This document shows, piece by piece, positions 1 to 10,384 of a stretch of DNA of 64,000 nucleotides (positions are counted from its first letter, which is position 1; each line of letters begins with the position of its first letter). The stretch lies in IMG/VR virus record IMGVR_UViG_3300027730_000821, positions 1 through 64,000 of that record. One strand, given 5' to 3'. The position numbers and the translations under genes were made by a program. The notes beneath the pieces were generated by a model. That model saw only the letters and a program-made list of their open reading frames with translations. It had not been told where the DNA came from and ran no database searches. Source of the stretch: an uncultured virus (IMG/VR IMGVR_UViG_3300027730_000821). Its lineage: Duplodnaviria; Heunggongvirae; Uroviricota; Caudoviricetes.

Positions 1-2280
1 TTAGACAGCACCTGGGTTGAGATTCCCATTGAATATGAAAATCCTATTACAAATAATCCTGTTTTTATCAGAGTGGTTGCAGGTAATTTACCTCCTGGAT
101 TAGAAATCAACGAGCATGGATTGATTAGAGGATACGCTGCTCCTCCCTTTATAAACGTCAACCTGCCCCCAGTCAACACTGTTGCTACAGCAGTAAGTAA
201 CAATGTTATAACATGCCTTAATACCAGTAACTTTACTGCAGGAAGACCTGTCGTTTTCTCTGGAATTTCTATTGGCGGAATAGTTCCTGACCAAACTTAC
301 TTCATCGCAGCAGTGATTAATGGAACGTCGTTCACCGTGTCTAATACAATGGATGGGCCGGTTGTTGGCTTCACTGATGCTGTTGGATATATGCCTGTAC
401 AGCTCCCTTCTATCACACGGGGTCAGCCAACTAGTAAGACATTCAATTTTGTTCTCAAGTTAGATAGTGCGTTAGGGAGTGACATTCAAAGTTATTCTAT
501 ATCTGTAGTAAATCAGAATACTACAGTAAGTCAAGGTGGTCCTGGTCTAGGACCAAATTCAAGAATTCCTGCAATATTCAACACGAGACCAGAAACATTC
601 CAACTGGATCGTGATTTAACTGACTTTGGTTATTATGTGCTACCGCCCGACGGGAAAGGCACAACATATCCTATAAGCCAACCTGCGTTCATTGGTACTA
701 TCACGAGCGACAATCGATTTAATTTTAGTATTTTGGGGTACGATTTTGACGGCAATGACCTACAGTATACTTTTCTTAATCTGCCTTTAGGATTAGTCGG
801 CGACCCAGACACTGGTTGGATAACAGGAAACCCAGTAATCAATCCCGATAATGTTAGCATTTTTTCATTCAGTGTATATGCCACTAAAGTAGTATTCGGA
901 ACAGTGACTAGTTTTTCAACTCCTACTTTTACTTTCTCGTTTAAGATCGTGACTAACATAAACGGTGATATAGTTTGGATTAGTCCAGCAGATTTAGGTA
1001 TAGTGCTGAATGGATTGCCTAGTATGGCATATGTCAAGGCGACTAGTGATATTGATCTTCGATACAGAGTCGTTCCCGTTCCCGGGGAGGCGCTTCCTCC
1101 TAATCTAACATTGCTATCTACCGGAGAACTATCAGGTATTGTTGCGTTTCAGCCAGGTACTGTAGTACAAACCCTAAACACCACGACGCCGTTCACCTTT
1201 ACTATTGAAGCCTATTCAGAAACCTTTGCATCGTTGACATCTAGTCAGACGTTTACTTTATCAGTTTATCAAGAGTTTAACAATCCTACCGATATTCTAT
1301 ACATCAAGTGTACTCCTAGTATTTCAGACAGAAACTTACTAGCTACGTTGCTAGATAGTGACACTCTCATTCCGCCTGATTATCTTTATAGGTCAGACGA
1401 TCCTTTCTTTGGAAAAGCAACGAGTGTTATCTATGAACATGCATACGGTATAAATGCAAGCAACATTGATGAGTATCTAGCAGCAATCACGAAGAATCAC
1501 TACTGGAGACAACTTACTTTAGGTGAGATCAAGACTGCGGTTGCACGTAATAATGAGACCGGTGAGATTCTATATGAAGTAGTGTATAGTGAAATATATG
1601 ACAATCTAGTCAATTACAATGAAACAAGATATCAAGTAGGATCGCAGTCAAACTTCATTAATCCACAGGGTGAAAGCGTATCAAAGGAAATTTATTGGCC
1701 AAGACCTATTCCGCTATTCTTAGGTCCTTGGTACGATAGTGAAACGAACATCTTTACTTCTTGGAATAATATTCCTGACGGTCAATTGGCGTTCACTAGT
1801 AGAACACCTGGTTTTGCAAGAATTTTGTATCCTAACTCTCTGCCTAACATGAGACAACAGGTAGTAGATGAGTTGGGGCAAACGCAGAATTACGAGGTAC
1901 TGCCGCTTTGGATGACTAGTCAGCAACGTAGCGGATCAACTTTGGGGTTTACTCCCGCTTGGGTAATTGCGTACTGCAAGCCGGGACTAACTACGTTACC
2001 CGACAGCACACCGGTCAGCTATGCTCAGTATATTCAATATCAAATTCAGAATAACTGGACTAACGCACCGGGTGAGTTACAGACATTGAACACCATCAAC
2101 TTTAAGATCGATAGATTCAGTGTGAATAAGAGTGCTACATACAACTATGACAACGACCTTAATCCTCCTGCTTGGACTTCATTGCCTAGTGCAGACCCTA
2201 CACCTGATCCGATCGACTCCCGAGACTTCTACGTGCTGTTTGAGCAGGAAACAATTTTACCAGATGAAACCCAATACTAA
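1..2280 (+). CDS. Virion structural protein with putative Ig-like repeats (baseplate/tail-associated), 5'-partial
   Basis: Frame open from base 1; repeated 'LPPGLEINEHGLIRG', 'LPLGLVGDPDTGWITG', 'LPPNLTLLSTGELSG' putative-Ig motifs. Confidence 0.6.
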   Translation, partial: LDSTWVEIPIEYENPITNNPVFIRVVAGNLPPGLEINEHGLIRGYAAPPFINVNLPPVNTVATAVSNNVITCLNTSNFTAGRPVVFSGISIGGIVPDQTYFIAAVINGTSFTVSNTMDGPVVGFTDAVGYMPVQLPSITRGQPTSKTFNFVLKLDSALGSDIQSYSISVVNQNTTVSQGGPGLGPNSRIPAIFNTRPETFQLDRDLTDFGYYVLPPDGKGTTYPISQPAFIGTITSDNRFNFSILGYDFDGNDLQYTFLNLPLGLVGDPDTGWITGNPVINPDNVSIFSFSVYATKVVFGTVTSFSTPTFTFSFKIVTNINGDIVWISPADLGIVLNGLPSMAYVKATSDIDLRYRVVPVPGEALPPNLTLLSTGELSGIVAFQPGTVVQTLNTTTPFTFTIEAYSETFASLTSSQTFTLSVYQEFNNPTDILYIKCTPSISDRNLLATLLDSDTLIPPDYLYRSDDPFFGKATSVIYEHAYGINASNIDEYLAAITKNHYWRQLTLGEIKTAVARNNETGEILYEVVYSEIYDNLVNYNETRYQVGSQSNFINPQGESVSKEIYWPRPIPLFLGPWYDSETNIFTSWNNIPDGQLAFTSRTPGFARILYPNSLPNMRQQVVDELGQTQNYEVLPLWMTSQQRSGSTLGFTPAWVIAYCKPGLTTLPDSTPVSYAQYIQYQIQNNWTNAPGELQTLNTINFKIDRFSVNKSATYNYDNDLNPPAWTSLPSADPTPDPIDSRDFYVLFEQETILPDETQY

Positions 2281-2303
2281 ATACAATACGGAAATAGGAA
2301 AAT

Positions 2304-4031
2304 ATGACTAGCCAAATTAACACAAACGGAATAGATGTAAATTATCCAGTACCCGGTCAGAACAATAGTTCTCAGGGGTTTAGAGATAACTTTGCTCAAA
2401 TCAGAACCCAGTTAAACACTGGTGCAAACGAGATCACGGATCTCCAATCTAAGGTTGTGGTTAAAGCTGCTCTTAATAACTCGACTCTCAATAACGACAT
2501 GGGCAATACTCTTATCAGTAACGCATCCACTCGTGGTTTCAGGGCAACTACTTATAACTTGGGCAACGCTCTTGCAGGAAGTGTCGTAGTTGATGTTAAC
2601 AGAGCCGATGTACAGTTCGGCGCATTACAAGGTAATGTCTCGTTACAGTTCGGTAATTGGGCCCCCACTAATACACAAAGCAATGTTGTTTTAAGACTCA
2701 CGTTTGCAAATAATTCGCCAGCTTATATCTCACTACCTAACAATTGCGTAAGTTCAAACAACAATTTCGGTGTAACCCTACTTGAGAATTATGCAAATGT
2801 TAGCGGAACTGCTACTCTGAGTGCTCCGGCAAATGCAAACATCATTGAACTTCGTTTCTCAACTATCGATTGCGGTACCACCGTCACAGTAGAACCTATC
2901 AATCGTCCCTATCAAACAACTCAAGTAGTCACCCGTGACCCTGCTCCAACCGGTCTTCCCGGTGATGTAAACGGTGACGTTGCGGTAGGTGCTTCGATCG
3001 GTCAAGTAACTGCTAACACAACGTTGAACGGTCCAACAGTCATCACTGCTAATACTTTCACATCAACTGGTAGTTCTATCTCGGGAAATACTCTTACCAT
3101 CGGCACGGTGACCGCTGGCACCATTAGTGCTGGAATGCTACTCACTTCAGGTGTAGCAGCAAATACCTATATTGTAAGCAACCAGACTGGTACAGGGTCT
3201 GGATCAATTTGGACAGTAAGCCCAAGTCAAACGGTGTCTTCAACCGCGATTGATGGTTCTACTGGAATCATCACTGATGCAAACAACGTTGCTGTTCTAA
3301 CTGTAGGTGTTCAGACTTCAGGTGTCGTTCAACCCGGTATGATTCTAAACGGAACCAACGTAACAGCAAATACTTTCATCGTTAAGAATATTTCGGGTTC
3401 GGGCAATGGCTCAACATGGCAGGTAAGCACTGCACAGTTTGGTGCAAACACAACTATCGGCGGCAATATTGGATTGTTGACAGTAAGTAATACTACTGGT
3501 TTCTATCGTGATATGCCGATCACCTTTACTGGTACAACATTTGGTAATATCAATGTAGGCACCACATATTACGTAAAAGAAATCGCAAGCGCAACAGGTA
3601 TCACGTTGTCAACTACCCCAGGTGGAGCAATGTTGACTCTATCTAACGCTTCCGGTACGATGTCTGGTAACCCAGTAACATATATGTACTTGGCCACAAA
3701 CGATTACAATTCCGATTCGTTCTCTAAGACAGTAACTAACACTTACGTAACTACTAACGACATCAAGCTAAGTGGCACGGCTAATCTATCAGTGAATGCT
3801 CCTATTGTGTTTACTGGTAGTGTTTTTGGTGGTTTAGCTGCTAACACTGTATACTATGTGAAGTCAATTGATAGTGGTAATTCAAATATCACGGTAAGTC
3901 AATCAAGATATAATGGCATCGCAGGATCACCTGTTCTATTAACTACGGCATCAAATACTGCGACTGCGACTGCAACTTGCTACACCGGAGGCAATGATAT
4001 TTGGCAACGCATTAGCTTCAGTGCTTGGTAA
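2304..4031 (+). CDS. Virion structural / tail-fibre-like protein
   Basis: T/G/N/S-rich beta repeats; duplicated 'PITFTGTTFGNINVGTTYYVKEI'/'PIVFTGSVFGGLAANTVYYVKSI' units; C-terminal 'IWQRISFSAW'. Confidence 0.6.
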   Translation: MTSQINTNGIDVNYPVPGQNNSSQGFRDNFAQIRTQLNTGANEITDLQSKVVVKAALNNSTLNNDMGNTLISNASTRGFRATTYNLGNALAGSVVVDVNRADVQFGALQGNVSLQFGNWAPTNTQSNVVLRLTFANNSPAYISLPNNCVSSNNNFGVTLLENYANVSGTATLSAPANANIIELRFSTIDCGTTVTVEPINRPYQTTQVVTRDPAPTGLPGDVNGDVAVGASIGQVTANTTLNGPTVITANTFTSTGSSISGNTLTIGTVTAGTISAGMLLTSGVAANTYIVSNQTGTGSGSIWTVSPSQTVSSTAIDGSTGIITDANNVAVLTVGVQTSGVVQPGMILNGTNVTANTFIVKNISGSGNGSTWQVSTAQFGANTTIGGNIGLLTVSNTTGFYRDMPITFTGTTFGNINVGTTYYVKEIASATGITLSTTPGGAMLTLSNASGTMSGNPVTYMYLATNDYNSDSFSKTVTNTYVTTNDIKLSGTANLSVNAPIVFTGSVFGGLAANTVYYVKSIDSGNSNITVSQSRYNGIAGSPVLLTTASNTATATATCYTGGNDIWQRISFSAW

Positions 4032-4034
4032 CAT

Positions 4035-4280
4035 ATGGAACATCCGTTTATAAATAATATCGGGGGCAAGTCACTTGAAGAACTTCAAGAAACTATGTCT
4101 GGTTTAACGAGCAAACTAACATTTGCGTATAGAACAGGCAACGGTCCCTTGATACATCAATTGCAGATGGCTCTTGAAAGCTACAAGAATCAGCACAGCA
4201 AGAAAATGGATGAGATTTTTGATAAACAAAAGCTAACTAACAAAATCAATATTCAGTCCGACAATGCACACAAGAATTGA
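4035..4280 (+). CDS. Hypothetical protein
   Basis: 81-aa ORF tightly packed in the operon. Confidence 0.6.
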   Translation: MEHPFINNIGGKSLEELQETMSGLTSKLTFAYRTGNGPLIHQLQMALESYKNQHSKKMDEIFDKQKLTNKINIQSDNAHKN

Positions 4281-4821
4281 GAAAGACGCCTTTTTTCAGG
4301 CAGGTGTTCATTTTGGAGGAAGTTTTTACGTAAACACCTATGAGCTAACTCTTTCTATGCTAGTAGAAACTGATGTGGACAGAGAACAAGCGATAGCAAT
4401 GGAAAGATTGAATTATTTTTTAACCGATACTTTGCAGAATTGCTTGTTTATTCAAGACACCGAAATAGTCAGCATCGAAAATTATAAGAAAGCCGGACTT
4501 AAAATCTGCGAACTTCCAAAAGAACCATTAGATCAGGTAGTTGGAATGATACTTATACAAAAGCTGAATGCTATCATGGAAGACAGAATGGTTGTCACTG
4601 ACCTCACATTAGGATCAGTGTTGAGCGAGGGCGTTCGCTATCACATCGTAGCCGAAGTAGCAGAAAGCATGATGAGTGGTGACTTTTGGTGGAACAAGCC
4701 TGACTTCTGCATATGCAGGAACCCATTCATTCAGGCAAAGTTCGGCAACATAGTTAAGCTATTCGATGATAGTGAATGGGCTAGATTGGGCTTAACTTGG
4801 AAAGAAAAAACATCCAAATAG
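4264..4821 (+). CDS. Hypothetical protein
   Basis: 185-aa ORF overlapping the upstream stop. Confidence 0.65.
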   Translation: MHTRIEKDAFFQAGVHFGGSFYVNTYELTLSMLVETDVDREQAIAMERLNYFLTDTLQNCLFIQDTEIVSIENYKKAGLKICELPKEPLDQVVGMILIQKLNAIMEDRMVVTDLTLGSVLSEGVRYHIVAEVAESMMSGDFWWNKPDFCICRNPFIQAKFGNIVKLFDDSEWARLGLTWKEKTSK

Positions 4822-4858
4822 CTTGACAACACCCCTATAACCTGTCACAATACCTTAT

Positions 4859-5368
4859 ATGATTACCGACAAGTATGGACAGCAAATCTACACAGAACAA
4901 GATATATGTGACTATTATATGGTCAACAATGACGCACAGCTAAAGAACGTGCTAGTCTCAGACAAGATCACGTTCAGTCCTGAACTAAATCTAGAAAAAA
5001 TTCCAACTCTAATTCATCACATAGTCAACGAAGACTTGTCTGTCGAGGAATTCGATAACAGATGCAAAGAAAATTGGTATATTCCGAAAGAATATCTAGA
5101 ACTCGACATTGCTAAGTTTGTTTTGGATCAATGTAAGACCGAAGCAGAACTACAACGGGCAGGTGAAGAGTTGTTAATGTACCAAGAACGTGATATGTTT
5201 GTTCTTCTACAGTATTTGAAATACCTAGTCGATACTATGCGTAAGAACAATATCGTCTGGGGTGTAGGAAGAGGTTCTAGTGTCAGCAGTTTCGTGCTGT
5301 ATCTCATTGGGATTCATCGGATTGACTCGTTGTACTATGACCTGTCTATTAATGAGTTTTTAAAATAG
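4859..5368 (+). CDS. DNA polymerase III alpha (DnaE)-like fragment
   Basis: 'GVGRGSSVSSFVLYLIGIHRIDSLYYDLSINEFL' resembles the DnaE GRGS...LGIT.LDP...DLLFERFL segment; only 169 aa. Confidence 0.7.
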   Translation: MITDKYGQQIYTEQDICDYYMVNNDAQLKNVLVSDKITFSPELNLEKIPTLIHHIVNEDLSVEEFDNRCKENWYIPKEYLELDIAKFVLDQCKTEAELQRAGEELLMYQERDMFVLLQYLKYLVDTMRKNNIVWGVGRGSSVSSFVLYLIGIHRIDSLYYDLSINEFLK

Positions 5369-5412
5369 TCGTTGTTTTACGGACATAAATACTAAAACAA
5401 AGGAGAACAAAA

Positions 5413-5808
5413 ATGGCAGAATATCGTTCAGCATTAGGAAAATCAGTTGACATGGGATCCATTGCTTCAAGGAATGAGCATGTCCGCGCAGTCGGAAACA
5501 TGAAGGTTAATGCTCGCGGCGACACCATTGATAGTCAGGGACGAGTAGTTACTCCCGTGACTAGAAAGGTAAGTGATGGGTATCAGCGTACAGTTTCTAA
5601 TCGAGCAGCTAATGTCCTAAAACCAAAGAACGCAGCAGCCGCTGACGTTCAAGCAGGTGAAGAGCTTCATCCAGCCGAACTAGAGTTAGAAGATGATCAC
5701 GAAGCCGAAGAAATTGAGGCTATCAAAGCAGCACAGAAGGTTGTCATCAAGCCAGCCAGCGAAGCTCCTGATTTCGTGATTCCGGAAGAAACTAAGAAAA
5801 CTAAGTAA
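5413..5808 (+). CDS. Hypothetical protein (late-promoter driven)
   Basis: ATAAATA and AAGGAG upstream; 131 aa. Confidence 0.7.
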   Translation: MAEYRSALGKSVDMGSIASRNEHVRAVGNMKVNARGDTIDSQGRVVTPVTRKVSDGYQRTVSNRAANVLKPKNAAAADVQAGEELHPAELELEDDHEAEEIEAIKAAQKVVIKPASEAPDFVIPEETKKTK

Positions 5809-5809
5809 C

Positions 5810-6178
5810 ATGGCTAGTAGACGTAATCTATCTGTAACCAAAGTAATGAAGCTACGTCCACTAAAGGATACCATTCTAGTACATGGAATGGAGTTTAAGG
5901 AACGTCTAAGTCGAGGAGGACTTATTCTTCTAGACGATGACATGAAGAGCCAGGGAATTCGGCCGCGCTGGGGGCAAGTCTATGCAGTCGGACCTGACGT
6001 TAAAGATGTAAAAGTAAATGATTATATTATGATAGCACACGGTCGCTGGTCACGTGGTCAAACCATCGAAGACGAAGACGGCGAGAAAATTATCCGTAAA
6101 GTAGACCCAAATGATATTTTATTAATTAGTGATGAAAAAGTAGAAGACTACACAATGAGTGACAAAGTTGTTGCATAA
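5810..6178 (+). CDS. groES: GroES-like co-chaperonin
   Basis: 'LRPLKDTILV...SRGGLIL...GQVYAVGPDVKDVKVND...DILLI' matches the Cpn10 pattern. Confidence 0.8.
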   Translation: MASRRNLSVTKVMKLRPLKDTILVHGMEFKERLSRGGLILLDDDMKSQGIRPRWGQVYAVGPDVKDVKVNDYIMIAHGRWSRGQTIEDEDGEKIIRKVDPNDILLISDEKVEDYTMSDKVVA

Positions 6179-6179
6179 A

Positions 6180-6212
6180 GAATTGGGAGAAGGGAAACTT
6201 TCTCCCAATTTC
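6180..6212 (+). terminator. Stem-loop after groES-like gene
   Basis: AATTGGGAGAA...TTCTCCCAATT inverted repeat. Confidence 0.55.
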
Positions 6213-6248
6213 ATTGACAGTTTGGGTATAACATACTATTATAAGAGC

Positions 6249-6413
6249 ATGAATAACAAATCTACCTTAGTTAAAACAATTCCTTACCTCGCCGCCGTTG
6301 TAGCTGCAGGTGCTGCTGCGTATGCTATTGTGAAGACATATAAAACGGTCAAGAGTTTGGACGATGTTTTACATTCAATGTTTAATGGCAAGAAAGTAAC
6401 CGATGAAAAATAA
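6249..6413 (+). CDS. Small single-TM protein
   Basis: Likely start ATG 6249 after TTGACA promoter; hydrophobic 'LAAVVAAGAAAYAIV'. Confidence 0.5.
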   Translation: MNNKSTLVKTIPYLAAVVAAGAAAYAIVKTYKTVKSLDDVLHSMFNGKKVTDEK

Positions 6414-7326
6414 CCTGTGGGTTGAGAAGTATCGCCCGAAACACATAAGCGATTACGTGTTTGTAAACGAACGTCAGAAGGAACAAGTTGAGTCTTGGGT
6501 ACGAGACGGTTCTATTCCGCATCTTCTGTTGAGCGGTGATCCGGGCACAGGCAAGACTACCCTAGCAAAAGTTCTTATCAATGAACTTGACATCGAACAT
6601 TTTGACGTTCTAGAGATTAACGCTTCTCGTGAGAACGGTGTTGCAATCGTCAAAGACAAGATCAACTCGTTTGCACAGACTATGCCCTTTGGCAGAATGA
6701 AGATTGTCCTACTTGACGAGGCTGACTACACTTCCGCTGAATTCCAAGCAGCACTTCGTAACGACATGGAAGCTTATGCAAGCACTGTTCGTTACATTCT
6801 GACTTGTAACTATCAGCACAAGATCATCCCTGCACTCAAGTCTCGCTGTCACGAGTTCCATATCGCAAAGCCTGATATGACTGACTTCACTGCTCGTGCA
6901 GCTACAGTTCTTTTCGCTGAAAACATTGAGTTTGAGTTGGATGACCTTGATACGTATGTTCGTGCGACCTATCCCGATCTTCGTAAGTGTCTGAATCAGC
7001 TACAGAACAATTCAACTTCGGGTAAGCTAGTTCCTACACATTCTGAAGGGTCAGGAGAAGACGAGATTCTTATCTCTGCTACAGAATTGTTCAAGGCAGG
7101 AAAGATTCTTGAAGGTCGTCAGCAGTTAATGCAGTATATCAGTCTGTACCCAACCCGCGTTGAAGACTGTTATCGGTTCATGTATGACAATCTTGATCTT
7201 TGGGGCAAGTCGCAAGAGAAGAAGGATGCGGCAATCATCATCATTCGTAATGGTCTTGCTAATCTGCCGCTCGTAGCTATCCCTGAAATCAGTCTTGCAG
7301 CAACACTTGTGGAGTTGACATCGTGA
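6403..7326 (+). CDS. Clamp-loader AAA+ subunit (RFC small / T4 gp44-like)
   Basis: 'WVEKYRP', Walker A GDPGTGKT, 'EINAS', Walker B LLDEAD, 'SRC' motif. Confidence 0.92.
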   Translation: MKNNLWVEKYRPKHISDYVFVNERQKEQVESWVRDGSIPHLLLSGDPGTGKTTLAKVLINELDIEHFDVLEINASRENGVAIVKDKINSFAQTMPFGRMKIVLLDEADYTSAEFQAALRNDMEAYASTVRYILTCNYQHKIIPALKSRCHEFHIAKPDMTDFTARAATVLFAENIEFELDDLDTYVRATYPDLRKCLNQLQNNSTSGKLVPTHSEGSGEDEILISATELFKAGKILEGRQQLMQYISLYPTRVEDCYRFMYDNLDLWGKSQEKKDAAIIIIRNGLANLPLVAIPEISLAATLVELTS

Positions 7327-7637
7327 TTCACTTTTCATTTAACCTAAGCTGGCCATGGTTCAAGGATTTTGAAGGCTTACAGCATGACTATTTCTATAAG
7401 GCATGGCGTGTAACTAAAAATAAAACCCTAGAATTGCAGATCAGTCGCAGTTCCGATACTCTAATCGGAGGGAGCTTTGATTGGCGTATGAATACTGATC
7501 ATGCAGGTGTAATGTTTGATGTTAGCCTATTCCGTAGATTCATTCATGTCTCGTTCTGTGATAATAGACATTGGAACGATGAAGAAAATCGTTATGTGAA
7601 CTATGATAATCCAGAAGAAGTGGAGAAGTACTGGTGA
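7323..7637 (+). CDS. Hypothetical protein
   Basis: GTGA overlaps with both neighbours. Confidence 0.55.
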   Translation: MIHFSFNLSWPWFKDFEGLQHDYFYKAWRVTKNKTLELQISRSSDTLIGGSFDWRMNTDHAGVMFDVSLFRRFIHVSFCDNRHWNDEENRYVNYDNPEEVEKYW

Positions 7638-7939
7638 GATACCTTTTAATTTCATTTTTGAGAAAAAATAACGGACAGATTGACGAGATGGTCTCTGTCA
7701 GCAAGCGTGTTCGTACATCCGACATGAACTCGCAGAATGTTATCATGGACTTTGCCGAACAGAAGGTGGTCAAATGCGTCATTGAAGGTAAGGAACATGA
7801 TACCTCTTTCGACCTAATGCGGCAGTATTATGCGAGGGTCTATCCTACTCTAGTTGAACAGTTAGAGAAGGAAGCACCCATCACGAAGAAGCAGGAAAAA
7901 TTAGCTGCTATGTTAACTCCTCCAAAGAAGAAAAAGTAA
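7634..7939 (+). CDS. Hypothetical protein
   Basis: 101-aa ORF ending at a palindromic terminator. Confidence 0.6.
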   Translation: MRYLLISFLRKNNGQIDEMVSVSKRVRTSDMNSQNVIMDFAEQKVVKCVIEGKEHDTSFDLMRQYYARVYPTLVEQLEKEAPITKKQEKLAAMLTPPKKKK

Positions 7940-7960
7940 ACGGGGCATTGCCCCGTTTAC
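7936..7960. terminator. Bidirectional hairpin between convergent genes
   Basis: GTAAACGGGGCA-T-TGCCCCGTTTAC perfect inverted repeat. Confidence 0.7.
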
Positions 7961-7968
7961 CATATTGA

Positions 7969-8730
7969 TCATTTATACATTGTTAAGACATGTTCAATAA
8001 TTTTGTGTCTTCTAATATCCTTCACATCAAACTTACAAGCTGCCATACCGGGCACACGATAATTTTCAATCCTGTGCGTCAAATCCAGTAAGCCATTATC
8101 AGGTGTCTTACGATCAGTCTGCTCTACATCTCCAGTAATGACTATCTTACTCCCTTCACCGATCCTAGTCATCAGCATTTTCATCTGGCTAGGTGTAGCG
8201 TTTTGAGCTTCATCTAGAATGATCCAACTGTGTTTGAAATTGCGACCACGGCAGAATGCTAGCGGGGCAATCTCGATAACTTGTTCTTTAACCATATATT
8301 CAAGTTCTGTTGTAGTATAGAACTCTCTTAGTACGTCGAATAGAGGTCTTACCCACGGTTCCATTTTAGAATTTAGATCGCCAGGTAAGAATCCGTGTTT
8401 CTCGTCATCGACGGCTACGGCTGGTCTTGTTAGTAAAATTTTATTACAATCTCCTTGTCTCATCGCTTTAATTGCTGCTAGCATTGCTAGATAGGTTTTA
8501 CCTGTTCCCGCAGGTCCGCTAACCACGACGATATCTGTTTCAGGGTCTGTCAATGCGATTATGTATTTTTCCTGATTTATGCTCTGAGGCACTAGTTCGA
8601 CTGGTTTTCGGACTTTCTTGGGTTGGGTTTGGTTAAAGTCGATAGTCTTGGACTCCTTCACATAGAACGTCCTTTCGTCTGAGTATCGTTTTCTGTCTCT
8701 CGGTTGTGCGCTTGTTCTTCTTTTAGGCAA
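7969..8730 (-). CDS. phoH: PhoH-family ATPase
   Basis: GPAGTGKT, 'GFLPGDL', 'RGRNF', 'LDEAQN', 'LMTRIG', 'GDVEQTD'. Confidence 0.93.
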   Translation of the reverse strand: MPKRRTSAQPRDRKRYSDERTFYVKESKTIDFNQTQPKKVRKPVELVPQSINQEKYIIALTDPETDIVVVSGPAGTGKTYLAMLAAIKAMRQGDCNKILLTRPAVAVDDEKHGFLPGDLNSKMEPWVRPLFDVLREFYTTTELEYMVKEQVIEIAPLAFCRGRNFKHSWIILDEAQNATPSQMKMLMTRIGEGSKIVITGDVEQTDRKTPDNGLLDLTHRIENYRVPGMAACKFDVKDIRRHKIIEHVLTMYK

Positions 8731-8906
8731 GTTTGATCTCCTAAGATATGTTACACTTCACTAGAGAACTTTTGTTCTCATTCTTACTTAGAAACGGTTC
8801 ATTGAGTAAACTATGAGTACGCTAGAAATAGTTTCCGATGATAAATATGTTTTCGACTGCTGAGGTTGCTTTCCTTGTTTTGTTATTTCCAAAGATAAAT
8901 ACAATC

Positions 8907-9512
8907 ATGAAAAGTTTACCAGCAGATAAATTCTTTAATGACATAGACTTTGTTAGCATCGTGGATACTATCCGCAATGTCTACATGAGTGATGGTTCTA
9001 TGTCCACTTTGCTTGATTTCGAGCGAGTACTTGATGAAGCCGATCTGTACGCTTATAAAAACTGGTTGATCGGGGAGTTAGTACAGGGTCCTGTAGTAGG
9101 ACGCTACTCAGCTACTTGTATATTCATGTGGCCACACCAGCTGATGCCCGACCCTAGGGGTGCAATGAGGCTACATCAGATCGGTTGTAAAGTGAGATTC
9201 GGAAAGTCAGAGATTGAGGTTCCCGTAGAAGTTAAAGATTACGAAGATTTCGTACCGGGTACTAACTACCCAAAGATGAACAAGCGTAAAGTTTGGTTCG
9301 TTGAGATTAAGATTCCGTTCGAACTCATGGATGACATCAAAGAAGGTAGTATCGATATTGCTGATGATACTATTGACTTGAGCGAGATCGAAGACGCATA
9401 CAATGAAGACTTAGATGACTCCACTAAGGCAGAAGGTCAAGGACCGCAAACTGAACAGGATCTAGCACAGCCTGAAGCAGACGCTGCAGGTGGACCGTTC
9501 CCACAGGTGTAA
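8907..9512 (+). CDS. Hypothetical phage protein
   Basis: Likely start ATG 8907 just after ATAAATA; acidic C-terminus. Confidence 0.65.
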   Translation: MKSLPADKFFNDIDFVSIVDTIRNVYMSDGSMSTLLDFERVLDEADLYAYKNWLIGELVQGPVVGRYSATCIFMWPHQLMPDPRGAMRLHQIGCKVRFGKSEIEVPVEVKDYEDFVPGTNYPKMNKRKVWFVEIKIPFELMDDIKEGSIDIADDTIDLSEIEDAYNEDLDDSTKAEGQGPQTEQDLAQPEADAAGGPFPQV

Positions 9513-9514
9513 CA

Positions 9515-10051
9515 ATGAAACTTAACGAAGGCCTCGACTATTTGGACCTCAAGGACCAATTGAAAAATGAAGTAACGGTTGACGAGTACTCAGCAAAGAT
9601 GGGTCCTGATAACGCCATCGTGACTATCACATTTACTGTATATTCTAAGTTAGCAGCAAACGATTTGGTGACTTGGTTTGAGCGAGGGTATGACTGGGTA
9701 CTTGATGCTAGTATTAGTGATGGTGAATTAGAACCAGGAAAATACCTCGTGTTCGTTGAAATGGACCGTCGTTCTAAGGTACCTTCACGCATTTGTACAT
9801 TACTTTCCGATCTAGAAACACTAACTGGTATAAAACTAGAAGACTGGAACGTAAAAATTGAGGGTGAAGACTGTCCCGCTGACCCCGAAGCAATCGCTAA
9901 TAAAATGATACTGAATCCAAACGTATATAAAGCTGAAAAAGAATCAGAAAAAGAATTGAATGAATTCCGAACTATCGCCGGTTTAGCAACTAAGCCGATG
10001 TATGAGGAAAATGCATACACTAGAAGCATCAAATATTTGGCAGGAATTTAA
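9515..10051 (+). CDS. Hypothetical phage protein
   Basis: 178-aa ORF directly after the upstream gene. Confidence 0.65.
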   Translation: MKLNEGLDYLDLKDQLKNEVTVDEYSAKMGPDNAIVTITFTVYSKLAANDLVTWFERGYDWVLDASISDGELEPGKYLVFVEMDRRSKVPSRICTLLSDLETLTGIKLEDWNVKIEGEDCPADPEAIANKMILNPNVYKAEKESEKELNEFRTIAGLATKPMYEENAYTRSIKYLAGI

Positions 10052-10052
10052 T

Positions 10053-10352
10053 ATGACAGACACCGACATTTCGCCAGCAGCAGACGTATTAGTTAAAAAC
10101 AACAACATAGATTGGATCAACAAGCGGTGGCGCCCCGCAATGGGATGGATGTATATGTCAGTCTGTATCTTTGACTTCATTCTCTTTCCTATTCTTTGGT
10201 CTATTCTACAAGCATCAACACAAGGCAATGTATCAACTCCTTGGCTACCGCTCAGTTTACAGGGTGCCGGTCTCTTCCACATCGCAATGGGTGCTGTGCT
10301 TGGTATTGCTGCGTATGGTCGTACTAAGGAAAAGATCGAAGGTGTACTTTAA
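10053..10352 (+). CDS. Membrane protein, possible holin
   Basis: 'RWRPAMGW' then two hydrophobic segments and basic 'YGRTKEK' tail; likely start 10053 after AGGA. Confidence 0.5.
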   Translation: MTDTDISPAADVLVKNNNIDWINKRWRPAMGWMYMSVCIFDFILFPILWSILQASTQGNVSTPWLPLSLQGAGLFHIAMGAVLGIAAYGRTKEKIEGVL

Positions 10353-10384
10353 CACTTGACAATACATTCTCGGTATGTTAATGT

